Origin: a virus
Length of the DNA stretch: 64,000 nt
IMG/VR virus record: IMGVR_UViG_3300025011_000027
Span: 27,967-91,966 of that record
Reading direction: 5' to 3' (one strand)
A program made the translations under genes and the position numbers. The notes under the pieces were generated by a model. The model worked only from the letters and a program-made list of their open reading frames with translations, was not told the DNA's origin and did not search any database. Below, piece after piece: positions 20,423 through 29,588 of the stretch (its first letter is position 1; each line of letters starts with the position of its first letter).

Positions 20423-21781
20423 TTATATGGTCGTGTATTGAATACCACAAAAGCGAATTCTCATCTTTGGAACTTCTTTAGCTAACCACTCTTTGTAGCT
20501 TGTGAAGTGGCCACCATAAGTTCCATACGTTGCGCTTGCAGTATACCCCTCTGACTGACTAACACCATCACGACTGGTTGATTGACTTGCGTAACCTGCA
20601 CGATAAGCAGAACCTGCACTATTCAGTAATTCGTACGAGGCTTTTTTTGCGATAGCTTCACGTACAATAGAACGATCGGCTTTCAAGTCTCTCAATCCTA
20701 CGGTTGCTCGATAATGCCAGAAACTTGGAATAGACGCATAATTGTAAAGATACGCCATTACAAATATTCCACCATAAAAGTTCCACATTACTTGAGCTGA
20801 AGTGGTAGGAACTAATTCGCATATTCCAGAACGCTCATTCCACACTAGCCACGTTCTAGGTACTTGAACTGATTTACTCGTATTAAAATATCCTGTAAGT
20901 TCTAAGTCCAAAATATTAGGATAGGGAATCTTAAAGCTCAACCACTTGTTAAAGTTTCTTGGTTTGTAGTACGTCTCAGGAATAGCTACTTCATCGAAGA
21001 ACAGACCATTCTTGAAACCATCAGTATCAACGATAGTTGGCTCAAGTTTGGTTACTATACGCTCCTCCACCCAATTTGTAGCTGCACGTATTTGTCTTAT
21101 AAATGCGCTATCTTTAAGTCGGCCGTTATCAATATAAAGCATTTCTGACTTATCGACTGAAGGAAGTAGGTTAGGACTTACAGTAACCATAATATAATCT
21201 TCATTGTCACCGTCGAGTAATAACAATGAATAGGGAACGTCACCTACTACAGGTACGCCAGTTCCCGCTTTCCAAGACAGCTCTTTAGTAGTCTCAGTAT
21301 ACGTCAGAGTAAACGGGCCTTTATAGTGATTCTCACTGACCTCAGTAACAATTACTCCCGTTATCTTTTGGGGCTGGATTCGTGGTTCTAGGATTTCATA
21401 GTCGTAGAAAGTAACACCTTTTGTCCATTCTTCTTTAAGCTCTTTCACAGGAACTATGGAAATGGCAAACATCTTCGACTCCACGACATTATTCTGACTG
21501 TCAGTGACTACAATGGTATAATCTCCCTGCTTCGCACGATAAATTCCAAGTTCGTCCATTGCGTCTCTATTCAAGTCAAACGCCACGTTATACCTCGTTT
21601 CAGTTGTCAAGGTAAGATTCTTCACGACTATATTCCCACCACCGTCAGACCGGCAAAGTGCGGCACTGATAACGTCTGACGGTACCGGGGACGTTACTAT
21701 AATAGTAGATCTAATTACCGATAAGTCTGAGTGATATCGGCTGTACTCTGAAAGGTCGGTAAATACTGAAGATATAGTCAA
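20423..21781 (-). CDS. head-tail adaptor-like virion protein
   Basis: FIRQIRAATNWVEE and GYASQSTSRDGVSQS..YTASATYGTYG motifs. Confidence 0.6.
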   Translation of the reverse strand: MTISSVFTDLSEYSRYHSDLSVIRSTIIVTSPVPSDVISAALCRSDGGGNIVVKNLTLTTETRYNVAFDLNRDAMDELGIYRAKQGDYTIVVTDSQNNVVESKMFAISIVPVKELKEEWTKGVTFYDYEILEPRIQPQKITGVIVTEVSENHYKGPFTLTYTETTKELSWKAGTGVPVVGDVPYSLLLLDGDNEDYIMVTVSPNLLPSVDKSEMLYIDNGRLKDSAFIRQIRAATNWVEERIVTKLEPTIVDTDGFKNGLFFDEVAIPETYYKPRNFNKWLSFKIPYPNILDLELTGYFNTSKSVQVPRTWLVWNERSGICELVPTTSAQVMWNFYGGIFVMAYLYNYASIPSFWHYRATVGLRDLKADRSIVREAIAKKASYELLNSAGSAYRAGYASQSTSRDGVSQSEGYTASATYGTYGGHFTSYKEWLAKEVPKMRIRFCGIQYTTI

Positions 21782-21797
21782 CTTAATGACCTCCCTA

Positions 21798-24149
21798 TTA
21801 ATGTTCTAGATTATAGTGGATTGTTTCCAGTGTGTCCGTTTCAGCATCTTCCAATTGCTTCTTAGAATACTCGTTATCAGGATGGGCTAAAATTTTAGTA
21901 ACAAGGTTGCTATGAGGATCAAAACCTTCATTATTAACCGACGATGGTCCTAACTTCTTAGCATAGTTTATAATTTCCATAATAGGCTTACTATTAAGGC
22001 TCTCTGCACTGACTTTGTTACCAGGATGAGTTAAAACTTTTTCAGCTAGCTTGCTTTTTAAAATAAAACCTACATGCTCCTCAGACGTGTTAGCATAATT
22101 GGACCACTCTCCTGCCCATTTACCAAGTTGAGATAAAGATGCAGTTTCAAGAGTTTGATTATCATATTTATACGGATGATCTTTCTTTATCTTGTCAATA
22201 AAACCTTGAGTAAGTTCATCCTTCATCTGTTCAAGTATAGTTGAGCTTCCTTTAGTAGTTTTTGGAGAGGAGATTACCGATTCTACTGTCTTTGTCTTCT
22301 GACTCGTAGTGACAGTAATTTTAGGTTGTTTAGTACCTTTAGACTTATTAGGCACATATTCAGCATATAAACTATCTGCGGCTTCTTTCATGCTGCTCAT
22401 ACCCATACTGTAATACTTATCATAAGCTTTACTACCATATTCCTTACCAGATAACAATTCTGCCAATTTACGCTTTGTATCAGTATGTGAGGACTTATTA
22501 TTGTCGTAATCCTTCATAATTGATTTGTAAGCAGCTTGCTTTACTTTCCACTTCTCTTTGTCAGCTTTTTGTTCTGGAGTTAGTTTCGGAGCTTTCTTTT
22601 CAGGTAAGTTCTCCACTTCGTCCAAGTTTACTTCAGCATACTTTGTTTTCTGCTTTACGGTGAAATGATGTTTACCATCTTTCTTTTTGTATCCTACAAT
22701 GGTGTATCGTGCTTCCATTGACATTAGAACTTCGTCCTCACCAGAATGAGAGCTTAAATGTTTAATACTAGCTGCGTATTTACTTCCACCTTCTAAAGTA
22801 AATATACAACTATTTCCACCACTTCCGTGACCTGAAAAACCATTTGCAGTACTCTTGCTACTTGACCAACTACTGGTTCCACGCATATCAATAATAAGAT
22901 TTGATCCTGTTGACTTTATGAGCTTATCAAGTAATTCGTCGTTTACTGATATACCTCTATACAGAGGAGCAGTACCTGCCCATTTAGGCATTACTTTTAA
23001 AGCTTTTTCAATGTCAACACTTCTCTTATAATATTCTTGGTATGTGTAATTATTAGGATCCATTTTCTTAGTTTGAACTGATCTTATTCCAGAAGAACCA
23101 GAACCTGAGAATGAAGTAATAGCACTTGCATAATGGTCAGCCGCTTCATCTGAAACACCTAGACCCTTAAAATAGTCAATCTTTTCAGATTTACTTACTT
23201 CATAACCTTTATGACCTTCTTTTCCATAACGATGTGTAACGCCGACTCTGCCTCGTGTCTCTTGACTACCTCCAACCTCTCCAGGTCTTCCAGCGTGATT
23301 GAAGTCTCCTGAACCGGGGCCACCCTTTCTTAATACAAGCAACATGTCAGCACCCCTTTTACTTAATATTCTCCCTAGTCCTAGAAATATTGATTTACTA
23401 AATTTGGGTTTTATCGACTTAACTTCTTTCAGATAAATCATAGTATGAGTTGCCGCAGTTCCTGAGGAAGTTGTCCCTGCAACATCGTCTATCCTAGAAA
23501 TTTTGAATCTTGACCCAGCGGACATTAAGACTTCTTCTTCCTCTTTAAATTCACTGATAGACCTAATGCTTGCTCCATGCATGCTTCCCTTTTCTAAAAT
23601 AAGCATGACCGATCCATGATGACCATATGCTTTTGGACCTTTACTGCCAAAACTTAGTGCAACCTTTTCTGAGCTTGACCAACTACTTACTCCCAACATG
23701 TCGATAGAATCTCCGCTTTTATGTGAGTCTCTTAGCGACTGAAGATTACTTGGTTCAATTCGTATTCCTCGATAGATGGCTCCTGACTTCCATTTTGGAA
23801 GCTTCTTAATGAGTGCTTCCAAGTTCTTAGCATGATTAACAAGTCGATCTTCTTCCTCTTTATTGTCTCCCTTATAAGTTCCACTACCAACTTGTCTAAT
23901 TTCAGTATAGTCAATACCAGTAAAGTCAGTTATTGCCTTTGCGTATGCTTTAGCATGCTGCTCATCAACTCCAGTTTCTTCCATTATATAAGCAGCTTTT
24001 TTAGATAGTCCATTGTATGTTGAAGGATGATGCTCACTGGTTCTTCGACTTGTTCCACCTTTTCCTTCACTACCACCCACTTGACCAGGTCTCCCTGAAT
24101 GTCCAAAATCCCCTGATCCTACGCTACCCTTACTGAGTACTATTTGCAT
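21798..24149 (-). CDS. tandem ADP-ribosyltransferase (two VIP2/Alt-like R-S-E domains), probable virion cargo; possible internal start at 23345
   Basis: ART1 IYRG...VSSWSS...EEEEVL; ART2 LYRG...TSSWSS...GEDEVL; each preceded by M-x-x-VL-x-KG-x-x-GSGDF-x-H-x-GRPG-x-VGGS. Confidence 0.85.
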   Translation of the reverse strand: MQIVLSKGSVGSGDFGHSGRPGQVGGSEGKGGTSRRTSEHHPSTYNGLSKKAAYIMEETGVDEQHAKAYAKAITDFTGIDYTEIRQVGSGTYKGDNKEEEDRLVNHAKNLEALIKKLPKWKSGAIYRGIRIEPSNLQSLRDSHKSGDSIDMLGVSSWSSSEKVALSFGSKGPKAYGHHGSVMLILEKGSMHGASIRSISEFKEEEEVLMSAGSRFKISRIDDVAGTTSSGTAATHTMIYLKEVKSIKPKFSKSIFLGLGRILSKRGADMLLVLRKGGPGSGDFNHAGRPGEVGGSQETRGRVGVTHRYGKEGHKGYEVSKSEKIDYFKGLGVSDEAADHYASAITSFSGSGSSGIRSVQTKKMDPNNYTYQEYYKRSVDIEKALKVMPKWAGTAPLYRGISVNDELLDKLIKSTGSNLIIDMRGTSSWSSSKSTANGFSGHGSGGNSCIFTLEGGSKYAASIKHLSSHSGEDEVLMSMEARYTIVGYKKKDGKHHFTVKQKTKYAEVNLDEVENLPEKKAPKLTPEQKADKEKWKVKQAAYKSIMKDYDNNKSSHTDTKRKLAELLSGKEYGSKAYDKYYSMGMSSMKEAADSLYAEYVPNKSKGTKQPKITVTTSQKTKTVESVISSPKTTKGSSTILEQMKDELTQGFIDKIKKDHPYKYDNQTLETASLSQLGKWAGEWSNYANTSEEHVGFILKSKLAEKVLTHPGNKVSAESLNSKPIMEIINYAKKLGPSSVNNEGFDPHSNLVTKILAHPDNEYSKKQLEDAETDTLETIHYNLEH

Positions 24150-24153
24150 GCTG

Positions 24154-25593
24154 TCACTTCCTCCTAATAGCTAAAAGAATGCGCTTATGATCTTTCTCAT
24201 CAGCTTGGATTTCTTTAAGCTTATCCGCCGATTCTTCGTCCCCTGCTTCTTCAAACTATTTGATTCTTTCACCATAGTCCTTAATAGCTTTTTCTTCTCC
24301 TTTAAGGTCATTGGTTAGAGAGATTCTTTTAGCTAATAATTCACTTAATCCGATCATGGAATATTCACCTGACTTCTTAAAGGAGGTAACTACGAAACGA
24401 GCTTTACCTGATATAAGTACCTCTTCCTGTTCATCAAATGCGCTAAAGTCTTTAATGCTTGCTCCTAACCTTGTACCATTTTTAAGAACAAATATAACCT
24501 TATTAGCATAATTTCCTTCACTAAACTTCTTAGCGACATCTAACCCGCTGCTCCAGCTACTAACACCTAACATACTGAAATCTTCTCCAGTATATAGACC
24601 ATTTAAGTATTTTTTAAGAATTGCATTACTGAAAGATACTCCCCTGTAAAGTGTGCCTGTCTTACCCCACTTAGGAAGTATTTCGATAGATCTTTCCAAG
24701 TCACTACCCATCAATGCATACTTACGTTCTTCCTCTTTACTATTGAAGTTCTCTGAATTACCCATCTGAGCTGCGCGAATATCAGAGACGCTAGGTCCTG
24801 TAAAAAGAAGGATTGTCTCGACCAGCCGCTTAGCGTACTCAATCTCTACCCCTCTTCTATAAAAGACCCTATACTTTTCATCAAGCTCTCCAAGTTCTCT
24901 ATGACCTGAGGTACTTGAATTCTTCTTAAGTTGATACGCTACCCACTTATCCACTGTCTCTTGCCATATACGATGCGGAGCAAGCTCACCATCCCACTTC
25001 TTGTCAACGTCACTGAATACGTGCATCCTATTGTTCTTATATTTCCCTTCCTCTATCATGCCATCCGAAACTGCAATTAAACGTGGTTTATCGCTCTTAC
25101 TATCTACCATATACCAGTAACAATTCCAGTCCATTCCAATAGACCAAATTTGTGCCCATACTTCTGAACTATGAAGGGCGCCAACAACAAAGTCAGGACC
25201 GTTTTCATATGAATCATTTGGTTTATGAGCTTCAATAATTAGTTTTTTCACGTATAGACCTTTATCACTATTCTCTCTTTTCCATAAAGCTCTGTATCTA
25301 CGCTCAGCGGCAATTACTCTTGTGCTATTCAGTCCCCCGACAACACATGGAACATGCGTATGTCCAGATTCTATAGCTGCAAGTAGTTTGTGGTGTCCAT
25401 CGTGAAGGTCATAGTCATACCCAACAACTAAAGCTGGAGTAGGTTTACCTTCTTTAAAGTCTCGAACATATTGAGCAACCTTATCACGATTGATGCTCTT
25501 AGTAGTCTGATAAGGAGTATTAATTCTATTCGTTGGTATGTATATTGGGTTAGGTGCAGTGGTCTTATATGCAAACCTATTAGCATTGCCCAT
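24154..25593 (-). CDS. ParB/Srx-like + ADP-ribosyltransferase + half-ferritin protein; in-frame TAG at 24256-24258
   Basis: LHDGHHKLLAA (ParB/Srx); LYRG...VSSWSS...EQEEVL (ART); DLKGEEKAIKDY..RIK*FEEAGDEESADKLKEIQADEKDH (ferritin-like helices spanning the TAG); ORF track stops at 24256. Confidence 0.75.
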
Positions 25594-25627
25594 TAAAGTT
25601 TCACCTACTTATAATTATTAGCCGAAT

Positions 25628-25655
25628 AAAAAAGACTAGCGCATAATGGCTAGCC
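25628..25655 (-). terminator. intrinsic terminator
   Basis: GGCTAGC-CATTATGC-GCTAGTC-TTTTTT. Confidence 0.55.
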
Positions 25656-25671
25656 TTAGTTTAGCACGGAT

Positions 25672-26853
25672 TTACTTTTTTAGCACTACTTTAATGTCCT
25701 TGTCGGTCTGAGCGTTCTTCTTTACTTTTTGGGTGCCTCGACGTTGCTCTGTAAGCTTCGCAAAGAAGCTCTTGAACTCATTCCCGGCATTGTTTTTCCG
25801 CTCAATTGCTTGAGTGTAGAATGATTCAGGTAACTTTAGGGAATCTGCATAGGGCTTAAGCATTTTACGATATTCTTGGTCAGGGATAGCTTTGAGCTTA
25901 TCAAGCGCACTATCTACCGCGGTAAGGTCAAGATCAACTTTTCCCTTTGCGTACTCACGATACATGGTATTATAAAGAGGTTCTTGCTCTCCATACTGAG
26001 CGTTAGGATGATAGTCCAAACTCATATGATGAGAACCTTTGTCCTTTGAATATCTGAAAGCTTGCTCTTTATCGACACCTAATACCTTTCCTTGTTCAGT
26101 CAATATGAAGTTTCCTGCATGAGAATCGAAGTTCCCAACTGTCCAATCCAGTACGTGTTCGCGCTGAATATCTTGAATCTGTTGAGGTGTAAGTGACTTC
26201 CAGTTAAGCTCTTTCAAATTACCCATTACACCTGGCACAAGAGGTTGAACTGATCCTAGTTTGCCTCCCTTGATTCTATCAGTATGAACTGGAATATGAT
26301 CACCGTATTTGAAGATTCGAGACGCTATATTTGAAACCGCTGTCTGAACATGCGCCCTAAATTCTTCTCTTTGTCCGCCCTTTGACTCCGCAGGTTTAAA
26401 TATATATTGGCGACCTTTATCGTCAGTAAAGATATCCTTCTTCCCTGCTCCCCCTAGATGAGAACCGCTGCCTTGATTCTTCATTTCTGATATCTTTGGA
26501 AGAGTCTCTTTTGCTATCTGACCATCTTTAGTCAAATAGATATGCTGCCCGTTCATGGTTACCCAACGCCCGCCTGGATACTTCTTGTCCATACTTTCTC
26601 CAAATGACTTTTGTAACGTATGTCTTACTGCCCACTGTGCGGCTTGCTCACTGGTCCAACGAACGGTCGGAGTGTTATCACCAAGCTCATTCTTTTTCAG
26701 TCCTTCAAAGACTTGAGTTACAAGTCCGTAAAAAGCTGCTCCTTCTTCTCCTTGATCTCCGTATTCACTTTTGACTATTTGCTTTGCTCTTGACCAGTGG
26801 TTCTCATTATTAAGATCCGCTAGACTTCTCTGGATTTGATCGACTTCACTCAT
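25672..26853 (-). CDS. HipA / PI3-PI4-kinase-like protein with N-terminal virion-protein motifs
   Basis: Gly loop LGGAG, YIFKP, HVLDWTVGNFDSHAGNF, VLGVDKEQAF; GRWVTMNGQHIYL motif. Confidence 0.75.
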   Translation of the reverse strand: MSEVDQIQRSLADLNNENHWSRAKQIVKSEYGDQGEEGAAFYGLVTQVFEGLKKNELGDNTPTVRWTSEQAAQWAVRHTLQKSFGESMDKKYPGGRWVTMNGQHIYLTKDGQIAKETLPKISEMKNQGSGSHLGGAGKKDIFTDDKGRQYIFKPAESKGGQREEFRAHVQTAVSNIASRIFKYGDHIPVHTDRIKGGKLGSVQPLVPGVMGNLKELNWKSLTPQQIQDIQREHVLDWTVGNFDSHAGNFILTEQGKVLGVDKEQAFRYSKDKGSHHMSLDYHPNAQYGEQEPLYNTMYREYAKGKVDLDLTAVDSALDKLKAIPDQEYRKMLKPYADSLKLPESFYTQAIERKNNAGNEFKSFFAKLTEQRRGTQKVKKNAQTDKDIKVVLKK

Positions 26854-26887
26854 TAACTTATCCCCCTCTTATTAATGTAATGCTATA

Positions 26888-26916
26888 ATATTACTACATA
26901 ATGAGAGGACTGTCAA
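26888..26916 (-). promoter_or_regulatory. sigmaA-type promoter for the kinase/ART cluster
   Basis: TTGACA-17-TAATAT. Confidence 0.65.
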
Positions 26917-27137
26917 ATTACTGACAGTCCCTTTGGTTTGAAGTAATGCTTTTCAAGTACCCCTTTATAATTCGTGATCTCGACGGCGTCCAATTTACCT
27001 TCGCGCTCTAACTTTCTTAAATCCTGACGAGTAATGCCAGCAGCTCTTTTTAGAATAGCTGCGCGAACTGGTTTACCTGTTTCTCCTTCAAAGTGATCAC
27101 AAATGGCATGAATATTAGCTAACCAGATAGGCTTCAT
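26913..27137 (-). CDS. hypothetical protein (possible winged helix)
   Basis: GITRQDLRKLEREGKL. Confidence 0.5.
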   Translation of the reverse strand: MKPIWLANIHAICDHFEGETGKPVRAAILKRAAGITRQDLRKLEREGKLDAVEITNYKGVLEKHYFKPKGLSVI

Positions 27138-27292
27138 TTGTTCATACCCCAGTTAGATCGTGTGCCGCATTTTGGACAAGTAGCTGAATACTTATCATTC
27201 TCTACTGAGAAAACTTCTCCGCACTTCTTACAAGTTACTTCTTGGTTCTCGCCCTTGCATAGTACCCTAGTTGGTCTTTGTTCTTCTTGCAT
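27134..27292 (-). CDS. small Zn-ribbon protein
   Basis: Not in the ORF track; CKKCG...CPKCG; ATGA overlap with the next gene. Confidence 0.6.
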   Translation of the reverse strand: MQEEQRPTRVLCKGENQEVTCKKCGEVFSVENDKYSATCPKCGTRSNWGMNK

Positions 27293-27550
27293 TTACTTTT
27301 CCTCCATTAATTCATATTTTATAGACATTTCGCGGATCTCCATGAACTTTAGTTCTTTGTCGTATCCGTCGAATTCTTCCCAAAACTTTTTGGCCTGTTT
27401 CCAACTATCAAATCTTTTTGCTTTATTAAGCTTAATAGTACAGTCGGTATGATGTTTAATGGTAAGATGATTCTTTGCAATGTACTTAAACTCTTGACCA
27501 CGTTGAACGATGATAACAAATTTACCTTCAACTTTTGCTTCAGTTTGCAT
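27293..27550 (-). CDS. hypothetical protein
   Basis: RBS, coupled ORF. Confidence 0.55.
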   Translation of the reverse strand: MQTEAKVEGKFVIIVQRGQEFKYIAKNHLTIKHHTDCTIKLNKAKRFDSWKQAKKFWEEFDGYDKELKFMEIREMSIKYELMEEK

Positions 27551-27565
27551 GGTTTTAGTCCCCTT

Positions 27566-27799
27566 TTAGTTTTTAGTTAGTTTTTCATACTCCGCAACCG
27601 TCATATCCTCTTCAGTTACGTCCTCAGCTCTTAAGATAAGATAGTTTCCCTCATGGATTACGGTATATTCATTTGCCATAATACTGAATTTGAGTGCGCT
27701 AAACTTCTGACCAATTTTATCTTTATACCAGTTTCCATACAAGTGAGCCTTAGAAGCTCTAACGACAGTTAGCACCCGTACTCCTTTTCTTAGACTCAT
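27566..27799 (-). CDS. hypothetical protein (SH3-like; paralog of 44997-45326)
   Basis: LYGNWYKDKIGQ motif. Confidence 0.55.
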   Translation of the reverse strand: MSLRKGVRVLTVVRASKAHLYGNWYKDKIGQKFSALKFSIMANEYTVIHEGNYLILRAEDVTEEDMTVAEYEKLTKN

Positions 27800-27800
27800 G

Positions 27801-28190
27801 TTAGTATACCCTTTCTTCTGACAGGTTTACGGCGTGTACATTCTCTAAGGTATAGAAACAAGGTTGCTGATCATGAGCTTTAACCCATTCGTCGAAGACT
27901 TCTTGGAATTTACGGGTAAGCTCTGCTTCTGCTTCGTGGGAGATACTATCCAAATACCCATCTGAAGATTCTCCGCATTCTTCTCCAGCGTCACATCTTA
28001 GCTGCTCAAGGATAGTTTCAGCATCAATAGTTGGCCTGAACCATTTAACTTGACCAACATAGATATCGCGTCTCTCACCACAATCAAATGCGTCCCGAAG
28101 TGCTTCCTTCTTAGTTTCACAGGTTCCATTACCCCAAACACCGTCTTCAGTTGCATTCCAAGACCACAGTCCTTCTCTAATCTCTGACAT
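27801..28190 (-). CDS. conserved phage hypothetical protein
   Basis: WGNG..ETKKEAL..A...IYVGQ...IDAETILEQL; RBS AAGGAG. Confidence 0.6.
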   Translation of the reverse strand: MSEIREGLWSWNATEDGVWGNGTCETKKEALRDAFDCGERRDIYVGQVKWFRPTIDAETILEQLRCDAGEECGESSDGYLDSISHEAEAELTRKFQEVFDEWVKAHDQQPCFYTLENVHAVNLSEERVY

Positions 28191-28222
28191 TAAAAAACAC
28201 TCCTTTCATCATACATACTAGA

Positions 28223-28252
28223 TATATAACAAAAGAAGCGTATTTTTTAAGT
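28223..28252 (-). promoter_or_regulatory. phage-specific promoter motif CTTAAAAA-N13-GTTATATA (copy 1 of 7)
   Basis: Same motif and spacing at 7 sites upstream of minus-strand gene starts. Confidence 0.7.
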
Positions 28253-29437
28253 GACTGTTCCATATTCTCTCATATACTGTATGGGGTAACAATGACAGTG
28301 CGGGTGGGTGGAAGCGTTTGGTAACCATCCTCCTTCTTTGCCGATCTTCGAAGCAGTTAGTCCTACATTCATCCCGCCTGTTCTTGCGACATTATGAAGA
28401 ATCTCACTAAGCTTGAATATCTTTGGTGTTCCATCTGGATTTAGGTATAGCTTCTTACACGATGCACACGCGATGGGCTGAACGTGATAATATACTTCAA
28501 TCTCGTCAGCGTCTCCCCCACCTTCGTGTTGTATGCTTGCTAGTTTGCCCAAGTTAGTGGAATACCTGATTTCAGTTTGAGCTATTCTATCCCAATCCCT
28601 ACTTATGTCTTCTTGCTTAAATCGTGACCTTAACTCTGAACTAAGCTCTTGCCATCCTTTGACGCTTCTATCTGACTCTAGGATACTCATTTCTTCTCTG
28701 CTTAGTCCTTCTTCATTGTATTTTGTGATCTTAAGGTCTCCAGAGAAATAGGACTGAATAATAAGGTTTAAGTTCTTCTTTTCATTGGCTAATATAATGT
28801 CCTCTGCTTTGTCGGCAAGCTTTCTTCCAAACCCTGTTACAAACCTTGCCGCGTTCTGCTTTGCTTGCATTAGTATTAGCTCATCTACGCGGTTCAGAGG
28901 TATCTTAGCGACTAGTTTAACCATGTCCGCATACGTATCTCCGTTGGCTAGTACAAACGATAGTCTACCAGCTACATACGACTGATTAATCCAGGTCTCC
29001 AAGTCCTGCTCAGGAGGTACTATGCCGTATTTATTCCACTGACGTTGCAGCGAACTTGGTACTTTATAGCCTAATCCTATCGCGGATCTGAAATGAGATT
29101 CGATTAATAATCTAAGTTCTGCAACTTGTGCTTCAGTCAATGTAGGAGGTACTCCAGACCGTTTACTGAGAATGTTCTTTTTAAACGTGCTTTTCCCTTT
29201 AAACCACTTCTCTATGTTCTGAACGAGTGTAGTCATTAGAGAACGTGTCGTTATATTGAGCTTCTTCTCTATCTGTCTGAGATACCTCTCTGGTATTTCT
29301 TCTCCTACATGGTTATGCTCTTTCTTCGATAGAAGCTCTACCACTTTACTAGTTAAGTGTTCATTCGATATATAGGAGGAGAGTGCTTTTGCAAGTTCTT
29401 CATCTGTGATGTTCTCACGAGTTACCCTTACTTGCAT
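28247..29437 (-). CDS. MuF-like head morphogenesis protein
   Basis: RDWDRIAQTE, ACASCKKLY, THPHCHC; follows the portal gene. Confidence 0.85.
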   Translation of the reverse strand: MQVRVTRENITDEELAKALSSYISNEHLTSKVVELLSKKEHNHVGEEIPERYLRQIEKKLNITTRSLMTTLVQNIEKWFKGKSTFKKNILSKRSGVPPTLTEAQVAELRLLIESHFRSAIGLGYKVPSSLQRQWNKYGIVPPEQDLETWINQSYVAGRLSFVLANGDTYADMVKLVAKIPLNRVDELILMQAKQNAARFVTGFGRKLADKAEDIILANEKKNLNLIIQSYFSGDLKITKYNEEGLSREEMSILESDRSVKGWQELSSELRSRFKQEDISRDWDRIAQTEIRYSTNLGKLASIQHEGGGDADEIEVYYHVQPIACASCKKLYLNPDGTPKIFKLSEILHNVARTGGMNVGLTASKIGKEGGWLPNASTHPHCHCYPIQYMREYGTVT

Positions 29438-29580
29438 TGCGCTGCCTCCTTTTTTCTTAACATTGAATCATATATCTTTTGGAGCTTTACAGCTTTGTCC
29501 ATGCTCCCGAATCTTGCTTCATCATATACCCAAATAGCTAAGTCGGTTAGTGACTTTGACAGTTTGCTTTGGCATTCCAT
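29428..29580 (-). CDS. small hypothetical protein
   Basis: Not in the ORF track; MECQSKLSKSLTDLAIW...; RBS GAGGTG. Confidence 0.45.
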   Translation of the reverse strand: MECQSKLSKSLTDLAIWVYDEARFGSMDKAVKLQKIYDSMLRKKEAAQCK

Positions 29581-29588
29581 AAGGCACC

